Made by a program: the position numbers and the translations under genes | Notes under the pieces: model-generated | What the model was told of the DNA's origin: nothing | Seen by the model: only the letters and a program-made list of their open reading frames with translations | The model's database searches: none | DNA from: a virus | IMG/VR virus record: IMGVR_UViG_3300020205_001800 | Span: 1-64,000 of that record | Length of the DNA: 64,000 bases | Reading direction: 5' to 3' (one strand) | Shown: positions 18,989 through 29,130 of the stretch, in pieces | Numbering within the stretch: the stretch's first letter is position 1 | Layout: every line of letters starts with the position of its first letter

Positions 18989-19617
18989 TGCCTATTATTA
19001 TTAATGAAGACAAGGCTCTTAAAGCATCCTTGACTGGAATAACCGTCTCTGATAGCGGAAACCCAACACGCCCAGTAGGCGTGTGGTTTGGTCAACCAGA
19101 CCTTGAAATTCGCCAACAGTCTTTTCCTTACATTACTATTGATTTTATTAGCTACTCTGAAGATACCAGCAGAGCTCACCGTGGTGACATTGATATGTCT
19201 TACTTCCCAGAAGGTGCGAACCCTGGGCCTGTAAATGAGGATGGATCTGGAACACTTCAGTACACAACTGAGTATCCCATCCCAGTTAATTTAGATTATC
19301 AAATTACAACTTGGGCTCGTCAGCCTAGACATGACCGTCAAATTATGGGTCAGATGCTTGCAGGAGGGCGTCTACCTTTACGATTTGGCTTACTAGTTAT
19401 TCCAGAAGATTTAACCGTACGCCGGTTAGATTTTCTTGGACATACAAAAAGAGATACAACGGATTCCAATGGAAAACGTTTATTTTCTAATGTTTATAAC
19501 GTTAGAATAAGCGCTGAAGTTCTTCCGTCTATCTTAGATCAGAAGTACGCAGTAACAGAGCCACCGATTATCACGTTCAACAGTCAGTCCAATACCTTCG
19601 TACCACTAAACCTTTAA
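18988..19617 (+). CDS. Tail terminator/sheath stabiliser-like protein
   Basis: FPYITID and PIPVNLDYQITTW motifs; directly upstream of the sheath gene. Confidence 0.65.
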   Translation: MPIIINEDKALKASLTGITVSDSGNPTRPVGVWFGQPDLEIRQQSFPYITIDFISYSEDTSRAHRGDIDMSYFPEGANPGPVNEDGSGTLQYTTEYPIPVNLDYQITTWARQPRHDRQIMGQMLAGGRLPLRFGLLVIPEDLTVRRLDFLGHTKRDTTDSNGKRLFSNVYNVRISAEVLPSILDQKYAVTEPPIITFNSQSNTFVPLNL

Positions 19618-19664
19618 TATTCGGCGCCCCAAAGAAAACAACCTAACCCTAAGGAGTAAAAAGG

Positions 19665-21209
19665 ATGACTACATACAGTCGCCCCGGAGTCTTCATCAGT
19701 GAAGTCGCCATCCCGCAGACAGTCGCGTCTGCAAATAACGGAACTGCTAGAGGTGCTTTTACAGGTACTTTTGCAAAAGGACCAACAGTTGAACCCGTTC
19801 TATTGAATAGCTGGTACGAATTTACTAAGACTTTTGGTAGTATTTCAGCAGCTTACCCAGCAACAATCGCTCTATACACTTTCTTCGCTAACGGTGGACG
19901 TCAAGTTTACGTAAAGCGCGTATTGGGTACCGGAGCTTTGCCAGCAACAGTGACTATAAAAAACCGTGCTGCTACCCCTCTCGACGCACTTACTATTGAA
20001 GCTGTTAACCAAGGAACTTGGGGAGATGATCTAAGCGTAAGCGTTACTTCAGCTTCAACATCTACCTTTAATTTAGTTATCTCAGATTCTAATGGAATCC
20101 TTGAGCAGTTTACTGACCTAAGCATGGTCACTACTAATTCACGTTATGTAGTTTCCTACGTTAACTCAGCGTCTAACTACGTACGCGTAATAGATGAAAA
20201 CAGCGCTACAACAGGTTCAGATAGACAACCTGCCATAGCAACTTCAGGGCTAGGCAGCGGAGCAAACGGTGCAGCGCCAACACGCACACAGTTCCTAAAC
20301 GCTTTGTCTACCTTTGACTCTATTAACAGCCCACTAATCATGAACAACGCTGATGCAGCATACACATTTGCATCTGGTGGAGACGAAGCAACAGAGCTAG
20401 TCCTAATGTTAAATCTACAAGCTGATATCGCGGGATACTGCGAAAATCGTGGAGATGCATTTGCTATCGTGGATATCCCAGTTGGATACACACAATCTGA
20501 AGCGTCTAACTACATCCTCGACCTAGTTGCAGATCCAGACTTTTCTGCTGCAGGTGACGGAGGAAACACAGCAACTTACTGGCCATGGATTGTTACGCCA
20601 GATAGCTTAAGCGCAGCTTCAGGAGCAACACGTCTTGTACCACCAGGACCGGCAGCTATGGGTCAATACCTTGCAAACGACGCTTCACGCGGAGTTTTCA
20701 AGACACCTGCAGGTTTTGGTACACGCATTGCTAACGCAGTAGCTGTAGAGCGCAACCTAACAAACCTAGAGCTTGATGCTATTAATGCTCAACGAAACCC
20801 AATTAACGCAATTCGTAACGTACCTGGTGCGGGAATTGTAATCATGGGCGGCCGTACTCTAAACAACACACCTGGCGATCGTTATATTAACGTCCGCCGC
20901 TCACTAATTTTCTTAAAGAAGGAATTGACTGATCGAAGCAATTTCGCAATCTTTGAGAATAATGATGCTCGTTTGCAGAATCAGCTTCGCACATCACTAG
21001 GTAACTTCCTCCGTTCATACTGGTCACAGGGTGGACTTCGTGGAAATACCCCAGCAGAAGCATTTTTCGTACGCTGCGATGCTTCAAACAATAGCGCTGC
21101 CGATCGTGAAAACGGTCGAATTAACATCGAAATCGGTGTCGCTCTTGAATACCCAGCAGAGTTCATTGTGATCAGCATTGGGCAGGTCACCGGAAGCGCT
21201 TCGGCGTAA
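19665..21209 (+). CDS. Contractile tail sheath protein
   Basis: YSRPGVFISE, RGVFKTPAG, INAIRNVPG.G..IMGGRT, YINVRR, AIFENND and PAEFIVI are hallmark sheath motifs. Confidence 0.97.
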   Translation: MTTYSRPGVFISEVAIPQTVASANNGTARGAFTGTFAKGPTVEPVLLNSWYEFTKTFGSISAAYPATIALYTFFANGGRQVYVKRVLGTGALPATVTIKNRAATPLDALTIEAVNQGTWGDDLSVSVTSASTSTFNLVISDSNGILEQFTDLSMVTTNSRYVVSYVNSASNYVRVIDENSATTGSDRQPAIATSGLGSGANGAAPTRTQFLNALSTFDSINSPLIMNNADAAYTFASGGDEATELVLMLNLQADIAGYCENRGDAFAIVDIPVGYTQSEASNYILDLVADPDFSAAGDGGNTATYWPWIVTPDSLSAASGATRLVPPGPAAMGQYLANDASRGVFKTPAGFGTRIANAVAVERNLTNLELDAINAQRNPINAIRNVPGAGIVIMGGRTLNNTPGDRYINVRRSLIFLKKELTDRSNFAIFENNDARLQNQLRTSLGNFLRSYWSQGGLRGNTPAEAFFVRCDASNNSAADRENGRINIEIGVALEYPAEFIVISIGQVTGSASA

Positions 21210-21223
21210 GGAGATAGAAAAAA

Positions 21224-21877
21224 ATGGCTCAAGCCTTTACAAACGTACTTAGTACATTACAAACGGATCCAATCCGTAATTTTCGGTTCCTGGTTGAATT
21301 CCTACCGTCTAATAACACAGCTGCCAATGAATGGGGTATTAACGCAAAGATGGGCTTTACCTCAGTGTCAGGCCTAACTGTTGCAACAGAGTCTATTGCT
21401 TACCGTGAAGGCGGATACAATACGACTATGCACCAGTTCCCAGGTCAAACCTCATTTAGCCCTGTGACATTTAGCCGTGGAGTTCTTCTTGGAAATTCAC
21501 AGCAATATGCATGGATGCGTCGCTTGTTCTCAGTTATCCAAACAGGAGCTAAGGCAGGCGTAGGTTCAGACTTCCGTTGCGATATCGACATCTCAGTACT
21601 TAGCCACCCAAATGCTAAAGGCTTAGTTGTTCAAGACGGAGCTCAAGCTGGAACTACAGCAGAACCACACGTAGCTCTACGATTCCGTATCTACAATGCT
21701 TGGATCACAAACCTTTCATACAGCAGCCTAGATGCAGGCGGAAGCGCTTACATGGTTGAAGAAATGACTGTTGTTCACGAAGGTTGGGATGCAAACTACG
21801 CAAAGGACTACAAGGCATCAGCAACAGACTTTGGTGACACACCAACAGACTCAGCAAACATAAGTAACGCTGTCTAA
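21224..21877 (+). CDS. Tail tube protein (T4 gp19-like)
   Basis: DPIRNFRFLVE, GFTSVSGL, YREGG.N...PG.T.F..VT..RG and NAW...LDAG..VEE motifs. Confidence 0.95.
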   Translation: MAQAFTNVLSTLQTDPIRNFRFLVEFLPSNNTAANEWGINAKMGFTSVSGLTVATESIAYREGGYNTTMHQFPGQTSFSPVTFSRGVLLGNSQQYAWMRRLFSVIQTGAKAGVGSDFRCDIDISVLSHPNAKGLVVQDGAQAGTTAEPHVALRFRIYNAWITNLSYSSLDAGGSAYMVEEMTVVHEGWDANYAKDYKASATDFGDTPTDSANISNAV

Positions 21878-21900
21878 TCCCCTAACAGAAGGTACACAAC

Positions 21901-22719
21901 ATGGACACAAAAGTAAACGCAGCACTAAATCCCGATTTAGCTAACCAACTAGCTCAAGAAGCTATGACCGTTGAAGTTCAGGAATCGGTGGGAGCGCCTC
22001 CGGCGATCACTATCCCATCGCTTCCTGAAACTTCGGTGGAACTTCCTGCGGGCTATTACGAAGGCTTTGACGGAGTACTAGACACTATTGCAGAAGTTAG
22101 AGAGCTCAACGGAGCTGATGAAGAGGCTATTGCCAAAATCACAGATCCAGGAAAAGCTTTGCTAGCAATACTAGAACGAGCAACAGTATCTGTAGGAGGA
22201 AAGCCAGTTACTAAAGAGGTTCTAAACAACCTACTAGCTGGAGATCGAGAAATGCTTATTCTAGCAATTAGAAAAGCTACGTTTGGATCTGAAGTTACCG
22301 TAGAGGCAGTTTGCTGCGACGGTATGGAAAACATTGTTATTGACCTAAATAAAGATGTTCCTATTAAGACCTTAGATGACCGAATCTCTGATCGCATGTT
22401 TTACATGGATATTAAGCCTGGACGAATTAAGGTGTTTCTACCAACTGGAGATACACAGGCAAAGATTATTAACTCTGCTGATAAAAACTCAGCTGAGCTA
22501 GATACCTTGCTTTTAACTAACTGCGTCGTTGAGCTTAATGACATGCCAATTATGAGCCCAAACACTATTCGTAACTTTGGTATTAAAGATCGTAGAAACA
22601 TTCTAGACGAGATTGCTAAGCGTAATCCTGGTCCACAGCTAAGTGAAATTAAAAAGGTTGCTTCTTGCGGCCAGGAGGTAAGCCTGCCACTAACACTGGC
22701 AGATTTGTTTCGCTCATGA
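21901..22719 (+). CDS. Tail assembly chaperone / T4 gp26-like protein
   Basis: Between tube and tape measure; VRELNGADEE, L..GDR..L.LAIR..TFG and DRR.I.....PGP motifs. Confidence 0.75.
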   Translation: MDTKVNAALNPDLANQLAQEAMTVEVQESVGAPPAITIPSLPETSVELPAGYYEGFDGVLDTIAEVRELNGADEEAIAKITDPGKALLAILERATVSVGGKPVTKEVLNNLLAGDREMLILAIRKATFGSEVTVEAVCCDGMENIVIDLNKDVPIKTLDDRISDRMFYMDIKPGRIKVFLPTGDTQAKIINSADKNSAELDTLLLTNCVVELNDMPIMSPNTIRNFGIKDRRNILDEIAKRNPGPQLSEIKKVASCGQEVSLPLTLADLFRS

Positions 22720-22867
22720 AATCAGCTATCAAAATGTAATTGATGCCTATGACATGCTAGCCCAGTACTATCCGGGTTGGTCATTAGTAGACATAAGAAA
22801 TTTGTCCGTAAGAGAACGACTAGTGTTTTTATCCAAAGCAATTATGAGGCCTAAGGCGGTGATGTAG
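22709..22867 (+). CDS. Chaperone C-terminal extension in the +1 frame (G-T type frameshift product or small separate gene)
   Basis: Frame open 22694-22867, encoding FAHEISYQNVIDAYDMLAQYYPGWSLVDIRNLSVRERLVFL..., and ending TAG/GTG on the tape-measure start. No RBS of its own is visible. Confidence 0.65.
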   Translation, partial: FAHEISYQNVIDAYDMLAQYYPGWSLVDIRNLSVRERLVFLSKAIMRPKAVM

Positions 22868-25806
22868 TGGCAGACCCAAAGGGAAATATGGGCGCCGGTA
22901 TGGAAGACTTTACCGGTCAAAAAGGCGTATCTAAACTCATCGAAACTGGCACTAAAGGTTTTGGATCTTGGTTAAAGAACTTTAAAGAAGTTTTAACCGT
23001 TGCTGAAAAAACTAGAGACGTTGTAAAACAGACGGCAGATATTCAGGCGGGCAAGGGTTCCAACGGCAGCAAACTTGGTGCTGCCAAGATGGGGCCCGGA
23101 GCCTTCTCTGAACAGATTGGTCTTAAAGGCGGAAAAGCTTTTGCCGAAGAAATAGGTTACACGGGTACTCGTGAAAGCCGTATGGGAGCAGTAGCCCAAG
23201 GCGTAATGGCTGCAGGTTCGCTTGGTATGGGCTTAATGCCAAACACAATGTCGGCTGTAGGGCAAAGACTTGTAGCTGAGCAAATAGGCATGTTCTCTGC
23301 GGGAAATAGAAACCCTAGAGACATAATTAAGCAAGCTAACTCTATGACAGGTGGAGCAGCAACAAGTGCTGGAGCACCTACACGTGCTATGGGAATTATG
23401 TTGTCCCAAGGCGGATACGGTTTAAACTCAGGCTCTACTAGAAACCTTATGGGGCAGCTGGCGGGTGCAAGCGCCATTTCAGGCATGTCTATGGAACAAG
23501 TAGCCTCTTCCACTGCCGGAGCAAGTGGAATGACTTTCTTACGTTTAGGCGTAAGGTTGCGTGACCAAAATGGAAGCATACGTCCATACAACCAACTTGT
23601 AAATGAAATTTACCCAAAGATCTGGCGTGGGGATCCAAAGAACCCAGAATTAATTTTTAACCGTCAAAGCCGAGAAGGATTTACTCTTTCACAAATTACT
23701 GGCGGAGACGAAGGCCTATTTAACATTCTTGCTACGCTTCTTGTGCAACGTGCTAAAAACAAGAAGCCACTAACTGCTGCAAATTTAAAAACAACTAAGG
23801 GCGCGTTGGCCATGGCAGGCAACCCTAATGGGCTAATGCAGTCTGGTTTAGCACAGCAAGCTTCAGAAAACAGATTGCTTGGGGCAACAGAGAGCGGTTT
23901 AGTATCAGGCTACAAGGGGGCACTGGATACCTCTACAGCAGTTAACAACGGCCTTTCAGGTATGGCTGAGCTTCTACCTGGCGTTGTAGATGGACTGGGT
24001 AAGTTAAAGGGATTTTTAGAAACGTTTCCATCTACGGGAAATGCTGGATCAACTTTGTCAGGTTTAGCTGGAAATCTTGGAACCACATTGTTAGCCGGAA
24101 GAATGTTAGGTCTAGGTGGCCCAGGTAAAGTAGCCGTATCAGGTGCAGCAAAAACATTAAGCAAGGGCGTGCCAGTTCTAGGTGCAGCAATAAGTGCCTA
24201 CGGTGGATACAAAGCCGGCAAAGGAAGCAATAAGTTTAATTGGGGATCACTCCTCTCTTCTGCTGGAATAGGCGCCGCTGGTGGCGCTGCAGTAGGAGCA
24301 ATGGGGCTTGGAGTTGCTGCGGTCCCAGGTGCGGTTCTAGGTGCGCTTATTGCTGGCGGTAGTAATGCGGCGGGACAATTGCTTGGGCGAAACCAAGGCG
24401 GTGGTGACGGGAACGAATCCATGAGCGCAAACCTTGGTGGAGGAGCAGATAGTCTTATGGCTCCAGGAACTCACGTGTCTTCAGGATACGGCTCAAGAAA
24501 AGATCCTAACGGTTCTGGAAGACAACACCACAACGGTATTGACTACGCCATGCCTGTGGGCAGCGCAGTTGTTGCGGCTGCCGATGGAAAAGTTGTAATG
24601 ATTAGAAAACAACCCGGAAAGTCTAGAAGCTTTGGTTTGTACATGGTTCTGCAACATAAAGGTTTTTATACATACTACGCACACTTAAGTCAAACAATAG
24701 CTCGACTAGGACAAGAAGTGCGTCAGGGAGAAGTTATTGCAAAGTCTGGTGGAGAAAAAGGCGGACCAAACTCAGGCTCATCAACGGGCCCACACCTACA
24801 CTTTGAGGTTCGTAAATCTCTTACTAGCCCAAACAGCTCAGTAAACCCAACAAGTTTGTTTGGAAAATTAAAAAGCAAAATAAGCAGCCTTCTTGGAAAC
24901 AAAGATCCAGACGGAACTAAGCTTGCGGCGCAAGTAACCAAGAAGTACAGCAACTCTTTAGACGTGCTTGGCATGGGTGCAAACGGCTATGGAAACGCAT
25001 ACACCGGAACTCGTTTGGCAGACTTGCTAAAGAGTGGAAGCGCAATTGGTGTTCAAGACATGATGAACTTTGACAAGATGGGTGTAAATAAAAACCTATC
25101 TGCAGAAGAGCAGGCAGAGTTTAGCCAACACACTGCAAGTTCTGGAGACGGCGGAGGCATGGCATACGGCTCTCGTAAGGGACTAATGTCAGCTCTGTAC
25201 CAGCATGGATTTAGAGGAAAAGGATTAGCAACAGCATTTGGCGTTGCCTTGGCAGAATCCGGCGGCATGTCTAGAGCGTTTAACGGTAAGGGTAGAGACG
25301 AGTCATACGGCGTATTCCAAATTAACATGACTGATAAAGACCCTAAGAGTCCTAATATGGGTACTAATCGTCGTAAGCAATATAACCTAGCTAACAATGA
25401 AGCATTGTTCAATCCCAACACAAACCTTTCAACTGCCTATGGAATCTCGGCAAAGGGTAAATGGTGGGAGCAGTGGGCTACTTACAACGATGGTACTTTT
25501 ACAAAGTATTTAGATGACGCCCAAACAGCCGCACGTAAAGCTGGCGTACCTATTAATTTCTACGGCGAAGGTCGAACAAAAGAAGGTCCGGCATACCTTC
25601 ACGATGATGAAATGGTATTGAATAAGCAACAGGCTGATAAAGTTCGCGGTGGACTAGCGGGCGGTACAGCTCATGATCACCAAGTTGTAGTTAATATGGT
25701 AGTAAACATAGCTCAAGCTGGACAAGCAGAAGTACACGTACTTCTACAGCGCTTTAAAGAAGCTCTTGCTCAAGATAACGTTATTAAGCAGATTGGTTCG
25801 TATTAA
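22867..25806 (+). CDS. Tape measure protein with M23 peptidase and lytic transglycosylase-like domains
   Basis: G/A-rich helical body; HNGID and HLHFE M23 motifs; AESGG...SYGVFQIN...W.QWATY lysozyme-like motif. Confidence 0.9.
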   Translation: MADPKGNMGAGMEDFTGQKGVSKLIETGTKGFGSWLKNFKEVLTVAEKTRDVVKQTADIQAGKGSNGSKLGAAKMGPGAFSEQIGLKGGKAFAEEIGYTGTRESRMGAVAQGVMAAGSLGMGLMPNTMSAVGQRLVAEQIGMFSAGNRNPRDIIKQANSMTGGAATSAGAPTRAMGIMLSQGGYGLNSGSTRNLMGQLAGASAISGMSMEQVASSTAGASGMTFLRLGVRLRDQNGSIRPYNQLVNEIYPKIWRGDPKNPELIFNRQSREGFTLSQITGGDEGLFNILATLLVQRAKNKKPLTAANLKTTKGALAMAGNPNGLMQSGLAQQASENRLLGATESGLVSGYKGALDTSTAVNNGLSGMAELLPGVVDGLGKLKGFLETFPSTGNAGSTLSGLAGNLGTTLLAGRMLGLGGPGKVAVSGAAKTLSKGVPVLGAAISAYGGYKAGKGSNKFNWGSLLSSAGIGAAGGAAVGAMGLGVAAVPGAVLGALIAGGSNAAGQLLGRNQGGGDGNESMSANLGGGADSLMAPGTHVSSGYGSRKDPNGSGRQHHNGIDYAMPVGSAVVAAADGKVVMIRKQPGKSRSFGLYMVLQHKGFYTYYAHLSQTIARLGQEVRQGEVIAKSGGEKGGPNSGSSTGPHLHFEVRKSLTSPNSSVNPTSLFGKLKSKISSLLGNKDPDGTKLAAQVTKKYSNSLDVLGMGANGYGNAYTGTRLADLLKSGSAIGVQDMMNFDKMGVNKNLSAEEQAEFSQHTASSGDGGGMAYGSRKGLMSALYQHGFRGKGLATAFGVALAESGGMSRAFNGKGRDESYGVFQINMTDKDPKSPNMGTNRRKQYNLANNEALFNPNTNLSTAYGISAKGKWWEQWATYNDGTFTKYLDDAQTAARKAGVPINFYGEGRTKEGPAYLHDDEMVLNKQQADKVRGGLAGGTAHDHQVVVNMVVNIAQAGQAEVHVLLQRFKEALAQDNVIKQIGSY

Positions 25807-26867
25807 TGCCTACATATATGCCAAGAGTATATTACGTCATTAATGCCTTTGAGCATGTAGATGGCAAGCTGTTATATCCGAGCGCAAACTCAGATTCTGC
25901 TTTAAAAGATTCTGGCTGGAAAAAATTAAAACAAGGCGAAAACGTAGTTAACGCTAAAAGCGACGTACTGTATCGCGTTACGTTTTTTCAAGAAAAAGTT
26001 GCTGGGGTACAAAATCCACTGGTAGATAGAGTACTAACTGATGGGGCGAATGATATGCGCCCAAGCATAGCTGACGGAGCTACTAGCGCCCAAAGCGGAA
26101 GATTTTTTAATTGGCACCAATCAAAAGAATTTAAAAAAGTAGCTAGTCTTGGTAAGAGCAATATCTACACGTCTTGGGATGGGTTTTTCATAAGAACCAT
26201 TCATGATAGGTTTTTTGACTGGACGATTGTTCCAAAAAACATAGCTGGGGCTATAGCTAAACCAGACTTTAAAGCCCAAGTGAGGTTAATGCAAGACTTT
26301 CCAGAGTTTGATAACTATCCAACTACTGGGTCTTCAGGTCAATACGTAGAAGTAAAACAAAAAACTGGGGACGTAATCCCAAGTATTATTTACTCTAAGG
26401 TCGCTACCCCACAGAGTGTTCCAGACGAAGTTACTGCATTTGATTCTCGCCCTCAAAATGGACCTTACATTTGGGATGCCTGTAATAAACAATATGTTCG
26501 TTATTGGGAAAAAGTAGACACCGCATTTGTTGAGGCCAACCCTATGGCTACCGACATTAAATACAAAGTTTTTTTAAGATACTTTGATAAATTTGGTAAA
26601 AAAATAAAAGAAGTTCCGTATACCAATGGTAATATAAAATCTGAATACACGTTAGATCAATATAAAAAAACTAGCCTTATGCATAAAGCAAAAGCTGAAA
26701 TGGCAAGGCTAGTAACGGCATCCGCTGCTTGTGGAAGCAATGCGGCACAAGTCCCTGTTGATCCAATAGTTGAACCAAAACCCATTACAGCTACTAACGT
26801 GTTGTTTAACCCACCGCCACATTCAGTAACTAGACATTTCTCACCTATAGCCGATGGAGGTTTATAG
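25806..26867 (+). CDS. Hypothetical protein (tail/baseplate region)
   Basis: 353-aa ORF coupled (TAATG) to the tape measure gene; no motif recognised. Confidence 0.7.
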   Translation: MPTYMPRVYYVINAFEHVDGKLLYPSANSDSALKDSGWKKLKQGENVVNAKSDVLYRVTFFQEKVAGVQNPLVDRVLTDGANDMRPSIADGATSAQSGRFFNWHQSKEFKKVASLGKSNIYTSWDGFFIRTIHDRFFDWTIVPKNIAGAIAKPDFKAQVRLMQDFPEFDNYPTTGSSGQYVEVKQKTGDVIPSIIYSKVATPQSVPDEVTAFDSRPQNGPYIWDACNKQYVRYWEKVDTAFVEANPMATDIKYKVFLRYFDKFGKKIKEVPYTNGNIKSEYTLDQYKKTSLMHKAKAEMARLVTASAACGSNAAQVPVDPIVEPKPITATNVLFNPPPHSVTRHFSPIADGGL

Positions 26868-26868
26868 A

Positions 26869-28023
26869 ATGCCTACTCCAGTAATTATTGCTGTATCCCC
26901 AAGTTCTGCTCGCGTAGGCGAACGCATCTACATTAGCGGCCAGTACATTGGCGTGCCTACAAAAATAGAGTTAAAAGTCCCAATACAAAATCCAAGTAAC
27001 CCCGCTGTTAATTACTATTTTGAAACAATAGGTAACTATGGCCCCAATGAAACTCCCGGAACCCCAGGCTCATTAGATCAAATTGATTTTATTATTCCTC
27101 CTATTGGATCTGGTAAAGATTCGCTTATTGTAGATATTTTAATATACAGCGAAAACGCCACAGACCCTGTTGTATGGCCGAACTTTAAAGTTACTCAAAA
27201 TCAAACTCAAGCTAGCTACAGCACTTACTACGATCAACCGTTTTCTAGCAAACCTAAAGTATCTGACTATACAAATTTAGGAATGTTCTATCAAGATCCA
27301 GATAGCAATACGATTGCCCCAGACGATAAAGGCAGTTTAAACAGCGCCGTATCTGGTTCGGACACTGCTTTGCAAGCAAAGCTAAGTGCTAACTTATACG
27401 GGTTTAGATTTTTATTTAACCCCACCACTTTTGGGTATGGTGCCAATGTTAATAACTCTGTTGACTGGTCTATCCCAAATACTAATAATGCGGTTGTTGT
27501 TGGTACAGGAATTGGAGGCCAAATTACCCTTGGAATTCTTTTAGACCGAGTTGCGGACATGTACACTATGAAAAACAAAAAACCTTCAGACGTAATGGGG
27601 CCCCCTCACTACCCATATGATTTAACCCCAGAGCAGTGTGAAAACATCCTTCGCCGAGGTACTGAGTACGATTTAGAGTACCTATTTAGAGTTGTAAACG
27701 GAAAACCCGCCCCAACAACTATGCTTGGGTATAACGGAAGCAGTAACTTTAAGTTAGAGAGCTCTAACCTCGGGTATATTGCCGGTACGCCGTTTATTTT
27801 TAAAGTTCACGATGCTTTAAGATTTAGAGTGATGCTTACTACGTTACAGGTAAGTCATGACATATTTACTAAAAATATGGTGCCTATTAGGACTTATGTG
27901 CAAATTGGGTTAGAACGTCTTCCCGACTTCCCGCCAGATATTTCTCAAAACCTAGACAAATACACTGATATTGCTATGGGAGTTAAGTCAACCTCTACTA
28001 ATTCTGGAGTTTATCGACCATGA
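26869..28023 (+). CDS. Baseplate tube-initiator-like protein with N-terminal IPT/TIG-like domain
   Basis: GGAGG RBS before ATG 26869; PVI..VSPSS..VGE.I.ISG start; FRFLFNP and F..NMVPIRT.V motifs of tube-initiator proteins. Confidence 0.65.
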   Translation: MPTPVIIAVSPSSARVGERIYISGQYIGVPTKIELKVPIQNPSNPAVNYYFETIGNYGPNETPGTPGSLDQIDFIIPPIGSGKDSLIVDILIYSENATDPVVWPNFKVTQNQTQASYSTYYDQPFSSKPKVSDYTNLGMFYQDPDSNTIAPDDKGSLNSAVSGSDTALQAKLSANLYGFRFLFNPTTFGYGANVNNSVDWSIPNTNNAVVVGTGIGGQITLGILLDRVADMYTMKNKKPSDVMGPPHYPYDLTPEQCENILRRGTEYDLEYLFRVVNGKPAPTTMLGYNGSSNFKLESSNLGYIAGTPFIFKVHDALRFRVMLTTLQVSHDIFTKNMVPIRTYVQIGLERLPDFPPDISQNLDKYTDIAMGVKSTSTNSGVYRP

Positions 28024-28301
28024 GACCTACACGCGGATCGAGATACTACACTGGCATCCCCCAACAGATTACACATAAAACTACTGGGGACTACACCACA
28101 GCCGTTTATAGAGTGTTTCCGGGCACAGTTAAAATTTCGTACACGGAGTACACTTGGACAGACGGGGATAACTTAGATTACTTAGCTGCTGTTTTTTTAG
28201 GTAACGCTAAGTTATGGTGGCAAATTATGGATATTAATCCTACTATCTCCGACCCTTTAGCAATTCAACCTGGAACTATAATTAGAATACCTAAGGTTTA
28301 A
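28020..28301 (+). CDS. LysM-like / tail X baseplate protein
   Basis: GDNLDYLA..FLG...LWWQIMDINP...PGT.IRIP. Confidence 0.88.
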   Translation: MRPTRGSRYYTGIPQQITHKTTGDYTTAVYRVFPGTVKISYTEYTWTDGDNLDYLAAVFLGNAKLWWQIMDINPTISDPLAIQPGTIIRIPKV

Positions 28302-28302
28302 T

Positions 28303-29130
28303 ATGGCGCTATACAACAACCTTACAGTAAAAATTCCTATTGAAAGAAAACATGATCGAAAAGTTGTTTTTCCAAAAACACCTAATGTAGATTTAGCTTT
28401 AATTACGGCGTCTATTACCTCAGAGATGCATGCCCATGAGACATTAACTTTAAATTTTGCAGGAAAAATTAATAACTCAACTAACGCAATTATCTCCGGA
28501 GACCCAGTAGTGTTTACTTGGAACAGTGGCAAACTTGAAAGGACTTACCTTGGCTACGTAACGCAAGTTAACCCTACAACCGTAGCTGACAACATGACGC
28601 GAATAGTCTGCCTAAGCCCTACCTATGTGCTTAAAGATGCCAATCAAAAGATCTTTAAAAACGTCACAGCAGACATGGTAGTTAAGAAAATTGCTGAAAA
28701 ATATGGGTTAAACGCAGTAACAGATAAACACCCTAGAATATTCCCAACTATTGTTCAAGCTGGACAAACAGACTGGCAAATTTTGCGTAGATTAGCTAAA
28801 CAAACGGGGTTTACCCTAGTTGTTGTTAATACTACGATCTATTTTGTATCAAAAAACAGATTAGCTAACGCTAGTAGGTCTTCTGCACCCTACTTTTACG
28901 TAAATAAAACTAACCCAGCGTCCAGAGTAGCTACAAAACTAGGGACTCTCTATAGTTTTCAACCAATTATCTCTGACGAGTCCCCGGATATGCCAGGTGC
29001 CGTTGTAGATAGGGCAGTTTCTGGAATTAATTCCATAACTGGACTACCTATAGACGTAACTCACGGCTATTCTACAAATAACGAGCGTGGTAACGGCATA
29101 ATTGTTCCAAATGCGAGGTTTTTTGAATGA
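28303..29130 (+). CDS. Baseplate hub protein, N-terminal part (P2 gpD/Mu gp44-like)
   Basis: GYV, TAD.VV..IA..YGL and Q.GQTDW..L.RLA...GF motifs. Confidence 0.8.
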   Translation: MALYNNLTVKIPIERKHDRKVVFPKTPNVDLALITASITSEMHAHETLTLNFAGKINNSTNAIISGDPVVFTWNSGKLERTYLGYVTQVNPTTVADNMTRIVCLSPTYVLKDANQKIFKNVTADMVVKKIAEKYGLNAVTDKHPRIFPTIVQAGQTDWQILRRLAKQTGFTLVVVNTTIYFVSKNRLANASRSSAPYFYVNKTNPASRVATKLGTLYSFQPIISDESPDMPGAVVDRAVSGINSITGLPIDVTHGYSTNNERGNGIIVPNARFFE

